Assembly (NCBI GenBank): GCA_964016885.1
Contig: OZ024759.1
Coordinates: 10,664,001-10,728,000 of the forward strand
DNA length: 64,000 nucleotides
Origin: Eledone cirrhosa
Taxonomy: Eukaryota
Direction: 5' to 3'
Shown one piece after another: positions 23,438 through 36,305 of this stretch (its first letter is position 1; the number at the start of each line of letters is the position of its first letter). A model generated the notes under the pieces. It was not told the DNA's origin. It was given only the letters and a program-made list of their open reading frames with translations, and did not search any database. The position numbers and the translations under genes were made by a program.

Positions 23438-24655
23438 AAGACAGTGTCTTTCATTAGAGAAATGGTAATGAAAGGGTTAATGACATAGACAGTGTCTTTC
23501 ATTAGAAATATGGTAATGGAAGGGTTAATGACATAGACAGTGTCTTTCATTAGAAATATGGTAACGGAAGGGTTAATGACATAGACAGTGTCTTTCATTA
23601 GAGAAATGGTATGAAAGGGTTAATGACATAGACAGTGTCTTTCATTAGAAATATGGTAATGGAAGGGTTAATGACATAGACAGTGTCTTTCATTAGAAAT
23701 ATGGTAATGGAAGGGTTAATGACATAGGCAGTGTCTTTCATTAGAAATATGGTAATGGAAGGGTTAATGACATAGACAGTGTCTTTCATTAGAAATATGG
23801 TAACGGAAGGGTTAATGACATAGACAGTGTCTTTCATTAGAGAAATGGTATGAAAGGGTTAATGACATAGACAGTGTCTTTCATTAGAAATATGGTAATG
23901 GAAGGGTTAATGACATAGACAGTGTCTTTCATTAGAAATATGGTAATGGAAGGGTTAATGACATAGACAGTGTCTTTCATTAGAAATATGGTAATGGAAG
24001 GGTTAATGACATAGACAGTGTCTTTCATTAGAAATATGGTAACGGAAGGGTTAATGACATAGACAGTGTCTTTCATTAGAGAAATGGTATGAAAGGGTTA
24101 ATGACATTGACAGTGTCTTTCATTAGAAATATGGTAATGGAAGGGTTAATGACATAGACAGTGTCTTCCATTAGAAATATGGTAATGGAAGGGTTAATGA
24201 CATAGACAGTGTCTTCCATTAGAAATATGGTAATGGAAGGGTTAATGACATAGACAGTGTCTTTCATTAGAAATATGGTAATGAAAGGGTTAATGACATA
24301 GACAGTGTCTTTCATTAGAAATATGGTAATGAAAGGGTTAATGACATAGACAGTGTCTTTCATTAGAAATATGGTAATGAAAGGGTTAATGACATAGACA
24401 GTGTCTTTCATTAGAAATATGGTAATGAAAGGGTTAATGACATAGACAGTGTCTTTCATTAGAAATATGGTAATGGAAGGGTTAATGACATAGACAGTGT
24501 CTTTCATTAGAAATATGGTAATGAAAGGGTTAATGACATAGACAGTGTCTTTCATTAGAAATATGGTAATGGAAGGGTTAATGACATAGACAGTGTCTTT
24601 CATTAGATATATGGTAATGAAAGGGTTAATGACATAGACAGTGTCTTTCATTAGA
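23438..24655. repeat. 48-bp tandem array, about 25 copies, with a 239-bp 5-mer higher-order repeat
   Basis: Unit aagggttaatgacatagacagtgtctttcattagaaatatggtaatgg. A 47-bp variant recurs at 23598, 23837 and 24076. Confidence 0.95.
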
Positions 24656-25189
24656 CATATAATAAAGGCTGCAACAGAAATGAAATTGGGATAAGCTCCA
24701 AACTTTGTCTCACCTGTCCGAGAATGGAATAAAAGCCATGTAATGATAAGGTGACGCATTGTCAGAGTCATTAGAACGTCAGGTAGAATACCTTGTGGTG
24801 TACGTTCCGACACTCTGCTCTCTGAGTTTAAATCTCTCCAAGGTCAACTTTGCCTTTCATCTTTTCGAGTTTGATAAAAAAGAAAGTACCAGTCATGTAC
24901 TGGAATCGATTCTTCCTCTCTCTAAATGCCCAAGAAACACTTTTTGTCAATACAGCACCCCTACGACTCAGGAGTTACAGGACCACACAATGATAACTCA
25001 GGACTTTTATATTAACTCTTATAATACTGATATGATTTAACAGAAAATTACTCAAATATTTATAGTATGTTTATTCATGGATAGATCATTGCAAAAATGT
25101 GTTGCAAACTAAAGACTATTGTGCTGTAGTAATCGTGTTGTTTGGTACTTGCTAATTGTGGTTTCATATAGTATGCAGGACATCAAGTT

Positions 25190-25600
25190 CTTTCACTTAT
25201 TCCTGAGAGGGTCTTGGGGGTAGAGTCCTCAAACACTCCTTCCAGCAGGTCCTGTCAGAAGCAACTATCTCCAATTGATTTAGCTGGGTCCCAAGCGAGA
25301 CAAGCCAAGCTCATGGACGTCATCCCATCTTGCTCGGGGTCTACCTCTGGGTCTCCTACCTGTTGGTTTTTGCCCGTAAAATCTGTCCAGCAATTCTTTC
25401 CTCAGACATTCTAACCTCATGTCCATGGTATCAGAATTGTGGTCCCTCAATTCAGAGATGTAGTGGCTCTACCTGGAGTGACTCTCTGATCTCCAAGCTA
25501 CACACACTATCGAGTAACGATACTCTAAAGACCCTTCGGAGGAACCCCATTTCGGCCACTTGTATTTGCGATAGTATTCTTTCGGTCATTACTACAAGAG
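25190..25600 (-). mobile_element. Rex3/Expander-like RTE LINE 3' remnant
   Basis: VMTERILSQIQVAEMGFLRRV...EIRESLQVEPL...GRRPRGRPRARW with stops. Paralogue at 43520-47255. Confidence 0.7.
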
Positions 25601-25718
25601 TTGAAATGAATACTGAATTGAAGACAGCGAGTTTGGCTTTTACACCTACCTCCCTGCTGATTACTGAATGCTGAAGCTGGTGCTTTACTGCACACTAAGA
25701 GTTAAAAAGAACAATTAC

Positions 25719-25779
25719 CTTTTTATACGTTTCCAAACACAACGGACAAACATGTGAATCTATGGAGGTTCTCGAGGGT
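25719..25779 (-). CDS. RNF4: RNF4-like exon (E)PSRTSIDSHVCPLCLETYKK
   Basis: Acceptor tttatttgtAG and donor AAG|GTAATT. Phase 2 to 0. Supplies the first CxxC of a C3HC4 RING. Confidence 0.88.
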
Positions 25780-26511
25780 CTACAAATAAATAATAATTAT
25801 CTATTTAAAAAAAGGATTTCAGAATCAGTACAATTTGGGAATTATGGTTAAACATTTGAGAAGACTCTTCAGTTGCGCCAAAGAGATGGTAAACTCCCTT
25901 GTGTTAATACCATAATAAAATATACCTAGTACATCCTGTAATATGCAGGAATGTAAGTGAAAGCCCCTTCACCAATGAAAATTAGCAGTAGTAGAGTAAG
26001 GACCTTAATATTTAATGTAATGTAGTCTTAGTGTTGTTTTGTACTAAACGTTTATAGTATCTTTACTGGTGGACAGATTGTTGTGAAAATTTGCAGTAGT
26101 AGAGCAAGGACCTTAATATTTAATGATACAAGGGCAACGGATTGGCAGGATTAGTGGAGCATCAAACACCATGATTTATGGTATAGAGTTACGGCCATTT
26201 ACGATCTGAGTTCAAATCCTGTCGAGGTTAACTTTGCCTTTCATCCTTACAGGGTCGATAAAATAAAGCACCAGTAATGTACTGGGGTGGATTTAAACAA
26301 CTTTCCCCTCCCACCAAAATTGCTGGCCCTGTGCCTAAATCAGACACCAATATTTAATGTGATACAATCATAGTGTTGTTTTGTACTAAATGTTTATACA
26401 GCAAACTTCACATTTTTCAATTAACATCTGGTTCACTAAAGAATTTCATTAAAATAGACTACAAAAAGATTAAGGTAAAACAAAGCAGATATTTAAGCAT
26501 GGCAGACTTAC

Positions 26512-26579
26512 TCAGATTTTGATGACTCATTTACAGAGGACACATTCAAACACTCATATTCATGATCTCCCAAAATATT
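26512..26579 (-). CDS. RNF4: RNF4-like exon NILGDHEYECLNVSSVNESSKS(E)
   Basis: Acceptor ttctatttttacAG and donor GTAAGT. Only one frame is open, and its phase (0 to 2) matches both neighbours. Confidence 0.8.
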
Positions 26580-26793
26580 CTGTAAAAATAGAATTTAAGC
26601 ATGAAAGAAAACAGTAAAAAATTCAATAAAAATGCCAACATGTTTGTGAAACAAATCTTTAATCCCCTCCTCTAACATTGCTTCCCTCAGGAAGGACCCT
26701 TCAGTTTGTACCAAAAGATGAGTCTCTCCTCTACATCTAGGAGGACTCTTTTGGCTTCTGCCAACGTCTACTGTACACTTCATAGAACATTAA

Positions 26794-27981
26794 CCCTTTA
26801 ATGTTCAAACCGGCCAGAATTCTCTACCTCTTTCTGTTGAAACTGGCTGTAACTGGTCGCTCAAACTGATTTTAAGCTATTGTTCTCAAAATAAATACTT
26901 TCAAAATCTCATAGTTTCGATACTATGTGAGATATTATGTGAGGTAAAGCCTTTACCATGAAAATACAATAGTATATATAGAGTAATGTAAATGTTATGA
27001 GATATTATGTGAGGTAAAGCCTTTACCATGAAAATACAATAGTATATATAGAGTAATGTAAATGTTATGTGAAATATTATGTGAGGTAAAGCCTTTACTG
27101 TGACAATACAATAGTATATATAGAGTAATGTAAATATTATGTGAGATATTATGTGAGGTAGTCTTTACTGTGACAATACAATAGTATATATAGAGTAATG
27201 TAAATGTTATGTGAGATATTATGTGAGGTAAAGCCTTTACTGTGACAATACAATAGTATATATAGAGTAATGTAAATATTATGTGAGATATTATGTGAGG
27301 TAAAGTCTTTACTGTGACAATACAATAGTATATATAGAGTAATGTAAATGTTATGTGAGATATTATGTGAGGTAAAGCCTTTACTGTGACAATACAATAG
27401 TATATATAGAGTAATGTAAATATTATGTGAGATATTATGTGAGGTAAAGCATTTACCATGAAAATACAATAGTATATATATATAGTAATGTAAATATTAT
27501 GTGAGGTAAAGCGTTTACTGTGAAAATACAATAGCATATATAGAGTAATGTAAATGTTGTGTGAGATATTATGTGAGGTAAAGCCTTTACTGTGAAAATA
27601 CAATAGTATATATATAGTAATGTAAATGTTATGTGAGATATTATGTGAGGTAAAGCCTTTACTGTGAAAATACAATAGTATATATAGAGTAATGTAAATG
27701 TTATGCGAGATATGTGAGGTAAAGCCTTTACTGTGAAAATACAATAGTATATATAGAGTAATGTAAATGTTATGTGAGATATTATGTGAAGTAAAGCCTT
27801 TACTGTGACAATATAATAGTATATATAGAGTAATGTAAATGTTATGTGAGATATTATGTGAGGTAAAGCATTTACCATGAAAATACAATAGTATATATAT
27901 AGTAATGTAAATGTTATGTGAGGTAAAGCCTTTACTGTGAAAATACAATAGTATATATAGAGTAATGTGAATGCTAAAGGG
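26794..27981 (-). mobile_element. piggyBac-like TTAA MITE with satellite array
   Basis: TTAA|CCCTTTA...TAAAGGG|TTAA, same family as 3034-3995. Confidence 0.88.
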
Positions 27982-28409
27982 TTAAACCATAGTATGTAAG
28001 CAGGATAACAGACCCCCTAAACCAGAGGTTCTTAAAGTGGGTGCTATGGCCTCAGGGAGGCGTTGAGAAGGGGGGAGAGGGACTTAGGGGGCAATACAAA
28101 TTTATTATTTGTAATATTATTATAGTATGTCATTATCATCATCGATTAACGTCTATATTCCACACTAGTATGGGTTAGACGTGTCCCATTTAGAGACAAG
28201 TTGGGTTGGGTGACTGTGTCTCGCTTGTATAGGAGAGTTTCTGGCTAGTTTTCTACAGCTGGATGCCCTTCCTCACGCCAACCACAATTACAGTGTGTGC
28301 TGGGTACTTTTTGTCATGACACCTACATGATATATATATGACATAAAAGTATGTTAAATATCAAATGATACACATATATAAATCTAGTAAAATAAAAAAT
28401 ATATATTTT

Positions 28410-29550
28410 GCTCTGAAAGTACAGTAGCTAGAGTCAGAACTGGATGGAAAATGTTCAGAGAGCTTATACCACTATTAGCCGCTAGAGGGTTCTCCCTAAA
28501 AATGAAAGGCAGGTTATACGATGCCTGCATACGAACAGCAATGCTGCATGGCAGTGAGACCTGGGCATTGTGTGCAGAGGATATACGCAGACTAGAGAGG
28601 AACGAAGCTTGCATGCTCCGCTGGATGTGCAATAGTAATATACGTGAACGGCAAAGCATAAACGAACTAAGGAAAAAATTAGAAATAAGAGGGATCAGAT
28701 GTTGTTTACTCGAGAGAAGGGTACGTTGGTACGGTCACGTGATGCGCATGAAAGACGACAGCTGTATAACAAAGTGCAGGGCAATAAAGATAGACGGTAG
28801 CCACGGAGTAGGCAGACCCAGAAAAACATGGGACGAGCTGATAAATTCCGACCTCACACGCTTACACCTCTCCAAGACAATGTCACTGGACCGAGACCTT
28901 TGGCGGTACTCAGTAATAGAGAAGACCCGCCTTACCTAAATACAAAGTAAAAACCTACTACAGTCAGTAGGCATCTCTATCAAAACACCCCCCCCGTCCC
29001 ACCACCTCCACCCCATCCACACCGCCCCTTTCAATGTAAAGTTATGTTGGTCCCACAACATCCAGGCCGAAACAAATGAGATCGTGTAGGTGTCACGATA
29101 AAAAAACACACAGTCCACGCTGTAAATGTGGCCGTGTAGGCAACACAGTAAAAACCTCCCAGCCCCACACTGTAAATGTGGTTGGTGTTAGGAAGGGCAT
29201 CCAGCTGTAGAAAACCCGCCAGACAGTCCACGCTGTAATGTGGCCGTGTAGGCAACACGGTAAAAACCTCCCAGCCCCACACTGTAAATGTGGTTGGTGT
29301 TAGGAAGGGCATCCAGCTGTAGAAAACCCACCAGACAGTCCACGCTGTAATGTGGCCGTGTAGGCAACACGGTAAAAACCTCCCAGCCCCACACTGTAAA
29401 TGTGGTTGGTGTTAGGAAGGGCATCCAACTGTAGAAAACCCGCCAGACAGTCCTATACGAGCAAGACAACCACTCTTGCCTCAAGTGGGAAAACCCCCGT
29501 CCAAACCCATGCAAGCGTGGAACACGGACGCTAAACCTGATGATGATGAT
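28410..29550 (+). mobile_element. 5'-truncated RTE-B LINE with a roughly 120-bp triplication in its 3' UTR
   Basis: ORF 28451-28939 is nearly identical to the C-terminus of 52685-54427 and ends KTRLT*. GAT tail. Confidence 0.92.
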
Positions 29551-29562
29551 ACATAATACATA

Positions 29563-32347
29563 TTAGGTTGCTTCGAAAATAATGGCCGATTTCAGAAACA
29601 TAATTTTATTCTGGAAAAATTAACAAGAGAAATGTTTTGATTAGTCAAAGTATGAGCCGTGAACATCTCTACATCTCTGTCTACTGACTAATCGGTCAAG
29701 AAAAGGATCATTGGTGTTTTGCAGAAAGAGCATCGAGCACACTTCAAAACGCCGGACTCTTTGATTTTCATTGAGCTCATGTGGTACCCATTTATCGAGC
29801 TTTTTCACCTTACCAATCTTCTGCAGATGGTGTGAGACCGTTGCAATAGCGACACCAAGTGCCTGAGACATTTCTCTGTCACTTTGACGGGGGTTTTGTT
29901 CAACAATTGCTTTCATTGTCAAGACTGCATCACTGTCCTCTACCTCTTTATCTTCAAGGCTCTCGTCACCACTAGGGAATTTCTTAAACCACCTTCGTAC
30001 TGTGTGATCACTTGTGGACCCCTCTCCCCATGCTCTGTTGATATTGGCAGCCCCCTTTGTACTGTGTGATCACTTGTGGACCCCTCTCCCCATGCTCTGT
30101 TGATATTGGCAGCCCCCTTTGTACTGTGTGATCACTTGTGGACCCTTCTCCCCATGCTCTGTTGATATTGGCAGCCCCCTTTGTACTGTGTGATCACTTG
30201 TGGACCCCTCTCCCCATGCTCTGTTGATATTGGCAGCCCCCTTTGTACTGTGTGATCACTTGTGGACCCCTCTCCCCATGCTCTGTTGATATTGGCAGCC
30301 CCCTTTGTACTGTGTGATCACTTGTGGACCCCTCTCCCCATGCTCTGTTGATATTGGCAGCCCCCTTTGTACTGTGTGATCACTTGTGGACCCCTCTCCC
30401 CATGCTCTGTTGATATTGGCAGCCCCCTTTGTACTGTGTGATCACTTGTGGACCCTTCTCCCCATGCTCTGTTGATATTGGCAGCCCCCTTTGTACTGTG
30501 TGATCACTTGTGGACCCCTCTCCCCATGCTCTGTTGATATTGGCAGCCCCCTTTGTACTGTGTGATCACTTGTGGACCCCTCTCCCCATGCTCTGTTGAT
30601 ATTGGCAGCCCCCTTTGTACTGTGTGATCACTTGTGGACCCCTCTCCCCATGCTCTGTTGATATTGGCAGCCCCCTTTGTACTGTGTGATCACTTGTGGA
30701 CCCCTCTCCCCATGCTCTGTTGATATTGGCAGCCCCCTTTGTACTGTGTGATCACTTGTGGACCCTTCTCCCCATGCTCTGTTGATATTGGCAGCCCCCT
30801 TTGTACTGTGTGATCACTTGTGGACCCCTCTCCCCATGCTCTGTTGATATTGGCAGCCCCCTTTGTACTGTGTGATCACTTGTGGACCCCTCTCCCCATG
30901 CTCTGTTGATATTGGCAGCCCCCTTTGTACTGTGTGATCACTTGTGGACCCTTCCCCCCATGCTCTGTTGATATTGGCAGCCCCCTTTGTACTGTGTGAT
31001 CACATGTGGACCCTTCTCCCCATGCTCTGTTGATATTGGCAGCCCCCTTTGTACTGTGTGATCACATGTGGACCCTCTCCCCATGCTCTGTTGATATTGG
31101 CAGCCCCCTTTGTACTGTGTGATCACATGTGGACCCTTCTCATCATGCTCTGTTGATATTGGCAGCCCCCTTTGTACTGTGTGATCACATGTGGACCCTT
31201 CTCCCCATGCTCTGTTGATATTGGCAGCCCCCTTTGTACTGTGTGATCACTTGTGGACCCTTCTCCCCATGCTCTGTTGATATTGGCATCCCCTTTGTAC
31301 TGTGTGATCACTTGTGGACCCTTCTCCCCATGCTCTATTGATATTGGCAGCCCCCTTTGTACTGTGTGATCACATGTGGACCCCTCTCCCCATGCTCTGT
31401 TGATATTGGCAGCCCCTTTGTACTGTGTGATCACTTGTGGACCCTTCTCCCCATGCTCTATTGATATTGGCAGCCCCCTTTGTACTGTGTGATCACATGT
31501 GGACCCTTCTCACCATGCTGTTGATATTGGCAGCCCCCTTTGTACTGTGTGATCACATGTGGACCCCTCTCCCCATGCTCTGTTGATATTGGCAGCCCCC
31601 TTTGTACTGTGTGATCACTTGTGGACCCCTCTCCCCATGCTCTGTTGATATTGGCAGCCCCTTTTGTACTATGTGATCACTTGTGGACCCCTCTCCACAT
31701 GCTCTGTTGATATTGGCAGCCCCCTTTGTACTGTGTGATCACTTGTGGACCCCTCTCCCCATGCTCTGTTGATATTGGCAGCCCCTTTTGTACTATGTGA
31801 TCACTTGTGGACCCCTCTCCACATGCTCTGTTGATATTGGCAGCCCCTTTTGTACTATGTGATCACTTGTGGACCCCTCTCCACATGCTCTGTTGATATT
31901 GGCAGCCCCTTTTGTACTGTGTGATCACTTGTGAACCCCTCTCCCCATGCTCTGTTGATATTGGCAGCCCCCTTTGTACTGTGTGATCACATGTGGACCC
32001 TTCTCATCATGCTCTGTTGATATTGGCAGCCCCCTTCGTACTGTGTGATCACTTGTGGACCCCTCTCCACATGCTCTGTTGATATTAGCAGCTGTTTGGG
32101 AGGCATTGTGCCCAAGCTTGAACTCATGCAAGAAAAGTAAGCGAAGGTCCTTTTTTGTCATGTTCATAATTAAGGGCGCCTGTGCTTCAAGAATGTTTTC
32201 TGTCTGAAATAAGTATAACATTATTAAAGAGCATACATCTATTATTAAGTATGTCGGAATTCACCTAAAATATAATTAAAATACTATGATAAAATTGCAT
32301 TTCAAAACACAACACTTAGAGCGGCCATTATTTTCAGAACAACCTAA
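29563..32347 (-). mobile_element. Hsmar1-like mariner, internally deleted, with a 62-bp array inside the transposase gene
   Basis: TA|ttaggttgcttcgaaaataatggccg ... cggccattattttcagaacaacctaa|TA. Reads MTKKDLRLLFLHEFKLGHNASQTAANIN...WFKKF...GKVKKLDKWVPHEL...PFLDRLV. The DD34D domain is missing. Confidence 0.93.
29997..32090. repeat. 62-bp tandem array, about 34 copies
   Basis: Unit actgtgtgatcacttgtggacccctctccccatgctctgttgatattggcagccccctttgt equals the AANINRAWGEGSTSDHTV segment of the transposase. Confidence 0.96.
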
Positions 32348-33225
32348 TATATCATTTATCATCATCATCACCGTTTAATGTCCGTCCTTCCATGCTAGCA
32401 TGGGTTAGACAGGTTGTCCTGTTGTGGGCAGTGTCTGGTCGGCTGACCTTGTCTTGCTCATACGGGAACTGATTCTGACTTGATTTCTACAGCTGGATGC
32501 CCTTCCTAACACCAACCTCATTTACAGTGAGTGCTGGGTGCTTTTTTGCCGTGGCACCTACACGTCTGCTTTACAGTGTGGGCTGGGTGCTTTTTTGTCG
32601 TGGCACCTACACGTCTGCTTTACAGTGTGGGCTGGGTGCTTTTTTGCAATTGGCACCTACACGTCGGCTTTACAGTGTGGGCTGGGTGCTTTTTTGCCGT
32701 GGCACCTCCATGACCACTTTGCAGTGGAATGATAAGGACCCCAGTCCTATCATCTAATTTCTACAGCTGAGTAAACTGGAGCAATGTGAAATAAAGTGTC
32801 TTGCTCAAGGAAACAACACATCACCCAGTTCGAGAATTGAACTCACAACCTTTCAATTGCAAGGCGAATGCTCTAACCACTAAGTCATGTGCTTTATATA
32901 AATTAACAATTTTATTTATCATATATTATTTACAATTTGTGTATAGGCAGGTCTCTCTGGAAATGGGGGGGGGGGGGGTTACGTGACCCGGGGGGGGGGG
33001 GGGGAGTTTGAGAACCTCTGCCTTAGACTGTCTGCGAGGTCAGTCGTGATGCTGTCTATCCACATCTAGGAAGACCCTTCAGTTTCTGTCAAAAGACTCT
33101 CAACATGAGAGAACATAAGTGAGATAGATACATACTTCTCAGTTTGCATGGGAGGTCAGCAACCATTTCAGTAGTAATTCAGCCTATGTAGACCTGCCCA
33201 ACCCTTCAGAGCAGGGAAAGTGACG

Positions 33226-35722
33226 TTAACCATTTACCATTTACATTATATTTACTATTATAAAGGGCGGTGGATTGGCAGTATCGGTAGAGGGTTGGAC
33301 GCCATGCTTTGAAGCATAGTTACGTCTCTTTACTGTCTGAGTTCAAATTCCGCCGAGGTTAACTTTGCCTTTCATCCTTACGGGGTCGATAAAATAAAGT
33401 ACCAGTAATTTACTGGGTAATTGATGGCCTTGTGCCAAAAAGTGGAAACAATTATATATACTATTATATTTTCATAGTAAAGGCTTTACCTCACATAACA
33501 TTTACATTACTCTATATATACTATTGTATTGTCACAGTAAAGGCTTTACCTCACATAATATCTCACATAACATTTACATTACTCTATATATACTATTGTA
33601 TTGTCACAGTAAAGGCTTTACCTCATATAATATCTCACATAACATTTAGATTACTCTATATATACTATTGTATTGTCACAGTAAAGGCTTTACCTCACAT
33701 AATATCTCACATACCATTTACATTACTCTATATACTATTGTATTGTCACAGTAAAGGCTTTACCTCACATAATATCTCACATAACATTTACATTACTCTA
33801 TATATACTATTGTATTTTCACAGTAAAGGCTTTACCTCACATAATATCTCACATTACTCTATATATACTATTGTATTGTCACAGTAAAGGCTTTACCTCA
33901 CATAATATCTCACATAACATTTACATTATTCTATATATACTATTGTATTGTCACAGTAAAGGCTTTACCTCACATAATACCTCACATAACATTTACATTA
34001 CTCTATATATACTATTGTATTGTCACGCTAAAGGCTTTACCTCACATAATATCTCACATAACATTTACATTACTCTATATATACTATTGTATTTTCACGG
34101 TAAAGGCTTTACCTCACATAATATCTCACATAACATTTACATTACTCTATATATATATATACTAGCAGAATGACCCAGCGTTGCTCGGGCTTCTAAACAT
34201 AGACTGGCATGTTTATCCCTCCTTTCTGAAACAGTACAGAGATGTACGGAATACCTCGGCCTGGGGATGGTGTCTACATTTTGTGCTTAACCAAATAATT
34301 TTCCATTAAGAATTTTCAAAAGCATGTAATTGCGTTCCCTCTCTTTTTTGTTCTTGTTTTGGCTGCTGTTGGTTTGATAGCAGCCATTGGTCGTACTACT
34401 AACACAGTCTCGTCCTTCTTCAGCCAATCGTGTATATCCCCTCCTGCCTCGTCTACCTAAACAATGATTGTAGCACCTCCTTGTACACAATGTTCCTTGT
34501 TCTTCCGTGTCGGGCATATACAAAGAGATTTGTCTTGCTTCCCACTCTTGAGCAGCCAACGTATAGTTGCCCGTGTGAAAAACATGACTCTTCCAAAAGA
34601 AGACCAGCAACAGCTAGGGTCTGACCCTGGGATTTGTTGATAGACATTGCAAAGCTAACACTGTTCGGAGAATGGTCCGTTGGTTGTCTGTTTCAAGTGC
34701 TCTTCTGGTGGCAGTACGTTCAGCATCTTGCGACCGTCGAATAGCAGATTCCACTGACAATTCGGTTGCCCGCCTTGTTCTTTTTCTTGTCGCTTTTGCA
34801 GTATTTCGGCCAATGAAGTATCTCTTCCTTCGAGGCATGACCTAAAAGCAGGACGAAGTACACTAAGACTAGCTGGTAGAGTAAGGAGTAAACTCGTCAG
34901 TGATGCATGTGATTTCCGAACCGTTGACTATGTTATTGCTGGCCTTGTGCCAAAAGTAGTGGGACTTTTGGGTGGCATATCGGCAGTAACAATGACGATA
35001 AGCCGTCTGTGCTTTCGTGAAATAAATATATTTGTTTATATTTTGTTTTTGTGTATGCAAAAATATCTGTACACAAATATATAATTATATATATATATAT
35101 ATATATTAAAATAACAGATTAAAGTTTAAGCAAAGAATCATTGCGTTCACCCATAACAGGATCTTCTGAAACTAAAAAAAATCCATTTGTGAACGCAGAG
35201 GTAAATATTTCGAAAAACGTTGCAACCGAAGGAAAACAGGAAGACGATACTTTGGTTCGTGAAGACGTTCCCTGGCAATGAACGGAAAATAGCGAAGATA
35301 ATACAATATTAGAACAATATTTGTCATAATGTCGTAATGCAGACAGCCAGACATACAGACAGATATTATAAGGGCACAACGTTATAGCTATATATCTATC
35401 TAAAAAGACAGATTAAGAAAGAGAGAGAGAGATCGCTAACCGGCGCCTAACACGCCTTTAACAACAGAAAATTGAAAAATAAAATCTGCAGTTAATATCT
35501 TTAGACCGCAAGGAATATATAAATGCAAGTTTGAAGTCAATCAGAGTAGAAATGTGGATTTGTATAGACTTTGCAAAAATTAGGACACACACAGACAATT
35601 TCAGTTTTATATATATGTATAGATTATATTTTCATGGTAAAGGCTTTACCTCACATAATATCAAATCTATGAGATTTTGATATTATTTGGTGAACAATAC
35701 CTTAACATCAGCTGGCTTAAAT
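33226..35722 (+). mobile_element. TTAA MITE copy interrupted by SINE-B and a Helitron
   Basis: Degenerate left end ttaaccatttaccatttac, SINE-B at 33264-33452 (TSD tactattata), array at 33460-34160, MITE body resumes at 35624. Confidence 0.7.
34162..35623 (-). mobile_element. Non-autonomous Helitron with RepHel N- and C-terminal remnants
   Basis: Minus strand: 5' TCTATAC..., 3' hairpin cccgagcaacgctggg followed by CTAG, inserted between A and T with no TSD. Pif1-type motifs FAMSINKSQGQT...FSHGQLYVGCSRV...RNIVYKEVL at 34453-34655. Confidence 0.92.
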
Positions 35723-35820
35723 GACTATGATGATTTGTATCTTATTTTTTTCATTTAGTCAAAGTTAAATGTTTAGTCAACTAATGGGAGACACAAGATT
35801 ATAGAGGGCAATCAACTCAC

Positions 35821-35855
35821 CTTAGATGATGGCTCGTCAGAAATCAATATAGGGT
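35821..35855 (-). CDS. RNF4: RNF4-like exon (D)PILISDEPSSK, SIM-like
   Basis: Acceptor atgttttccAG and donor AAG|GTGAGT. Phase 1 to 0. Confidence 0.8.
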
Positions 35856-35984
35856 CTGGAAAACATAATTTAAAAAATTTATTTCAGGTATATCCTAAAA
35901 ATTTGTTATAGAGGAAAAAATAATAAATATTCAATTACTCCATTATGTATATATATATATGTGTGTGTGTGTAGAGAGAGAGAG

Positions 35985-36305
35985 AGATGAAGCAACCATG
36001 TTTTGTTGGATGTGCAATGTAAATGTGAGAGAAAGGCAGAGCTTGGACGAGCTGAGAGAGAAGCTGTGTTTAAGGGGAATCCAAGATGGTGTGCAGGAGA
36101 GAAGACTGTGTTAGTATGGACATGTGAGGTGCATGGACAAGGATAGATGGGTGAAGAAATGCCAGTGGAAGGAAGCTGCAGTAGAGGATGACCAAGAAAG
36201 GCCTGGGCAGAGGAGATGACGAAAGAATGCAACAAGTGGAGAGATGCCATGCTGAGAAGGACCCATCCAACCCATGCAAGCATGGAAACGATGGTGATGA
36301 TGATG
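35985..36305 (+). mobile_element. RTE LINE 3' fragment (uninterrupted paralogue of 13030-17332)
   Basis: Aligns to both flanks of the 13122-17086 MITE with a single TTAA. Confidence 0.8.

Larger units (their letters stand above)
28023..33020. mobile_element. hAT (Charlie-like) MITE ends separated by about 4.7 kb of nested insertions
   Basis: TIRs cagaggttcttaaa / tttgagaacctctg. 8-bp flanks ccctaaac / ccttagac (6 of 8 match). Confidence 0.5.

Noticed and set aside
25750-25855. Possible MITE origin of the RING exon acceptor region
   Set aside because: Resemblance to hAT MITE ends is too weak, with no TIR pair or TSD.
32964-33005. Long G runs as a G-quadruplex
   Set aside because: Lies inside a MITE end, homopolymer lengths are unreliable, and nothing else supports a function.
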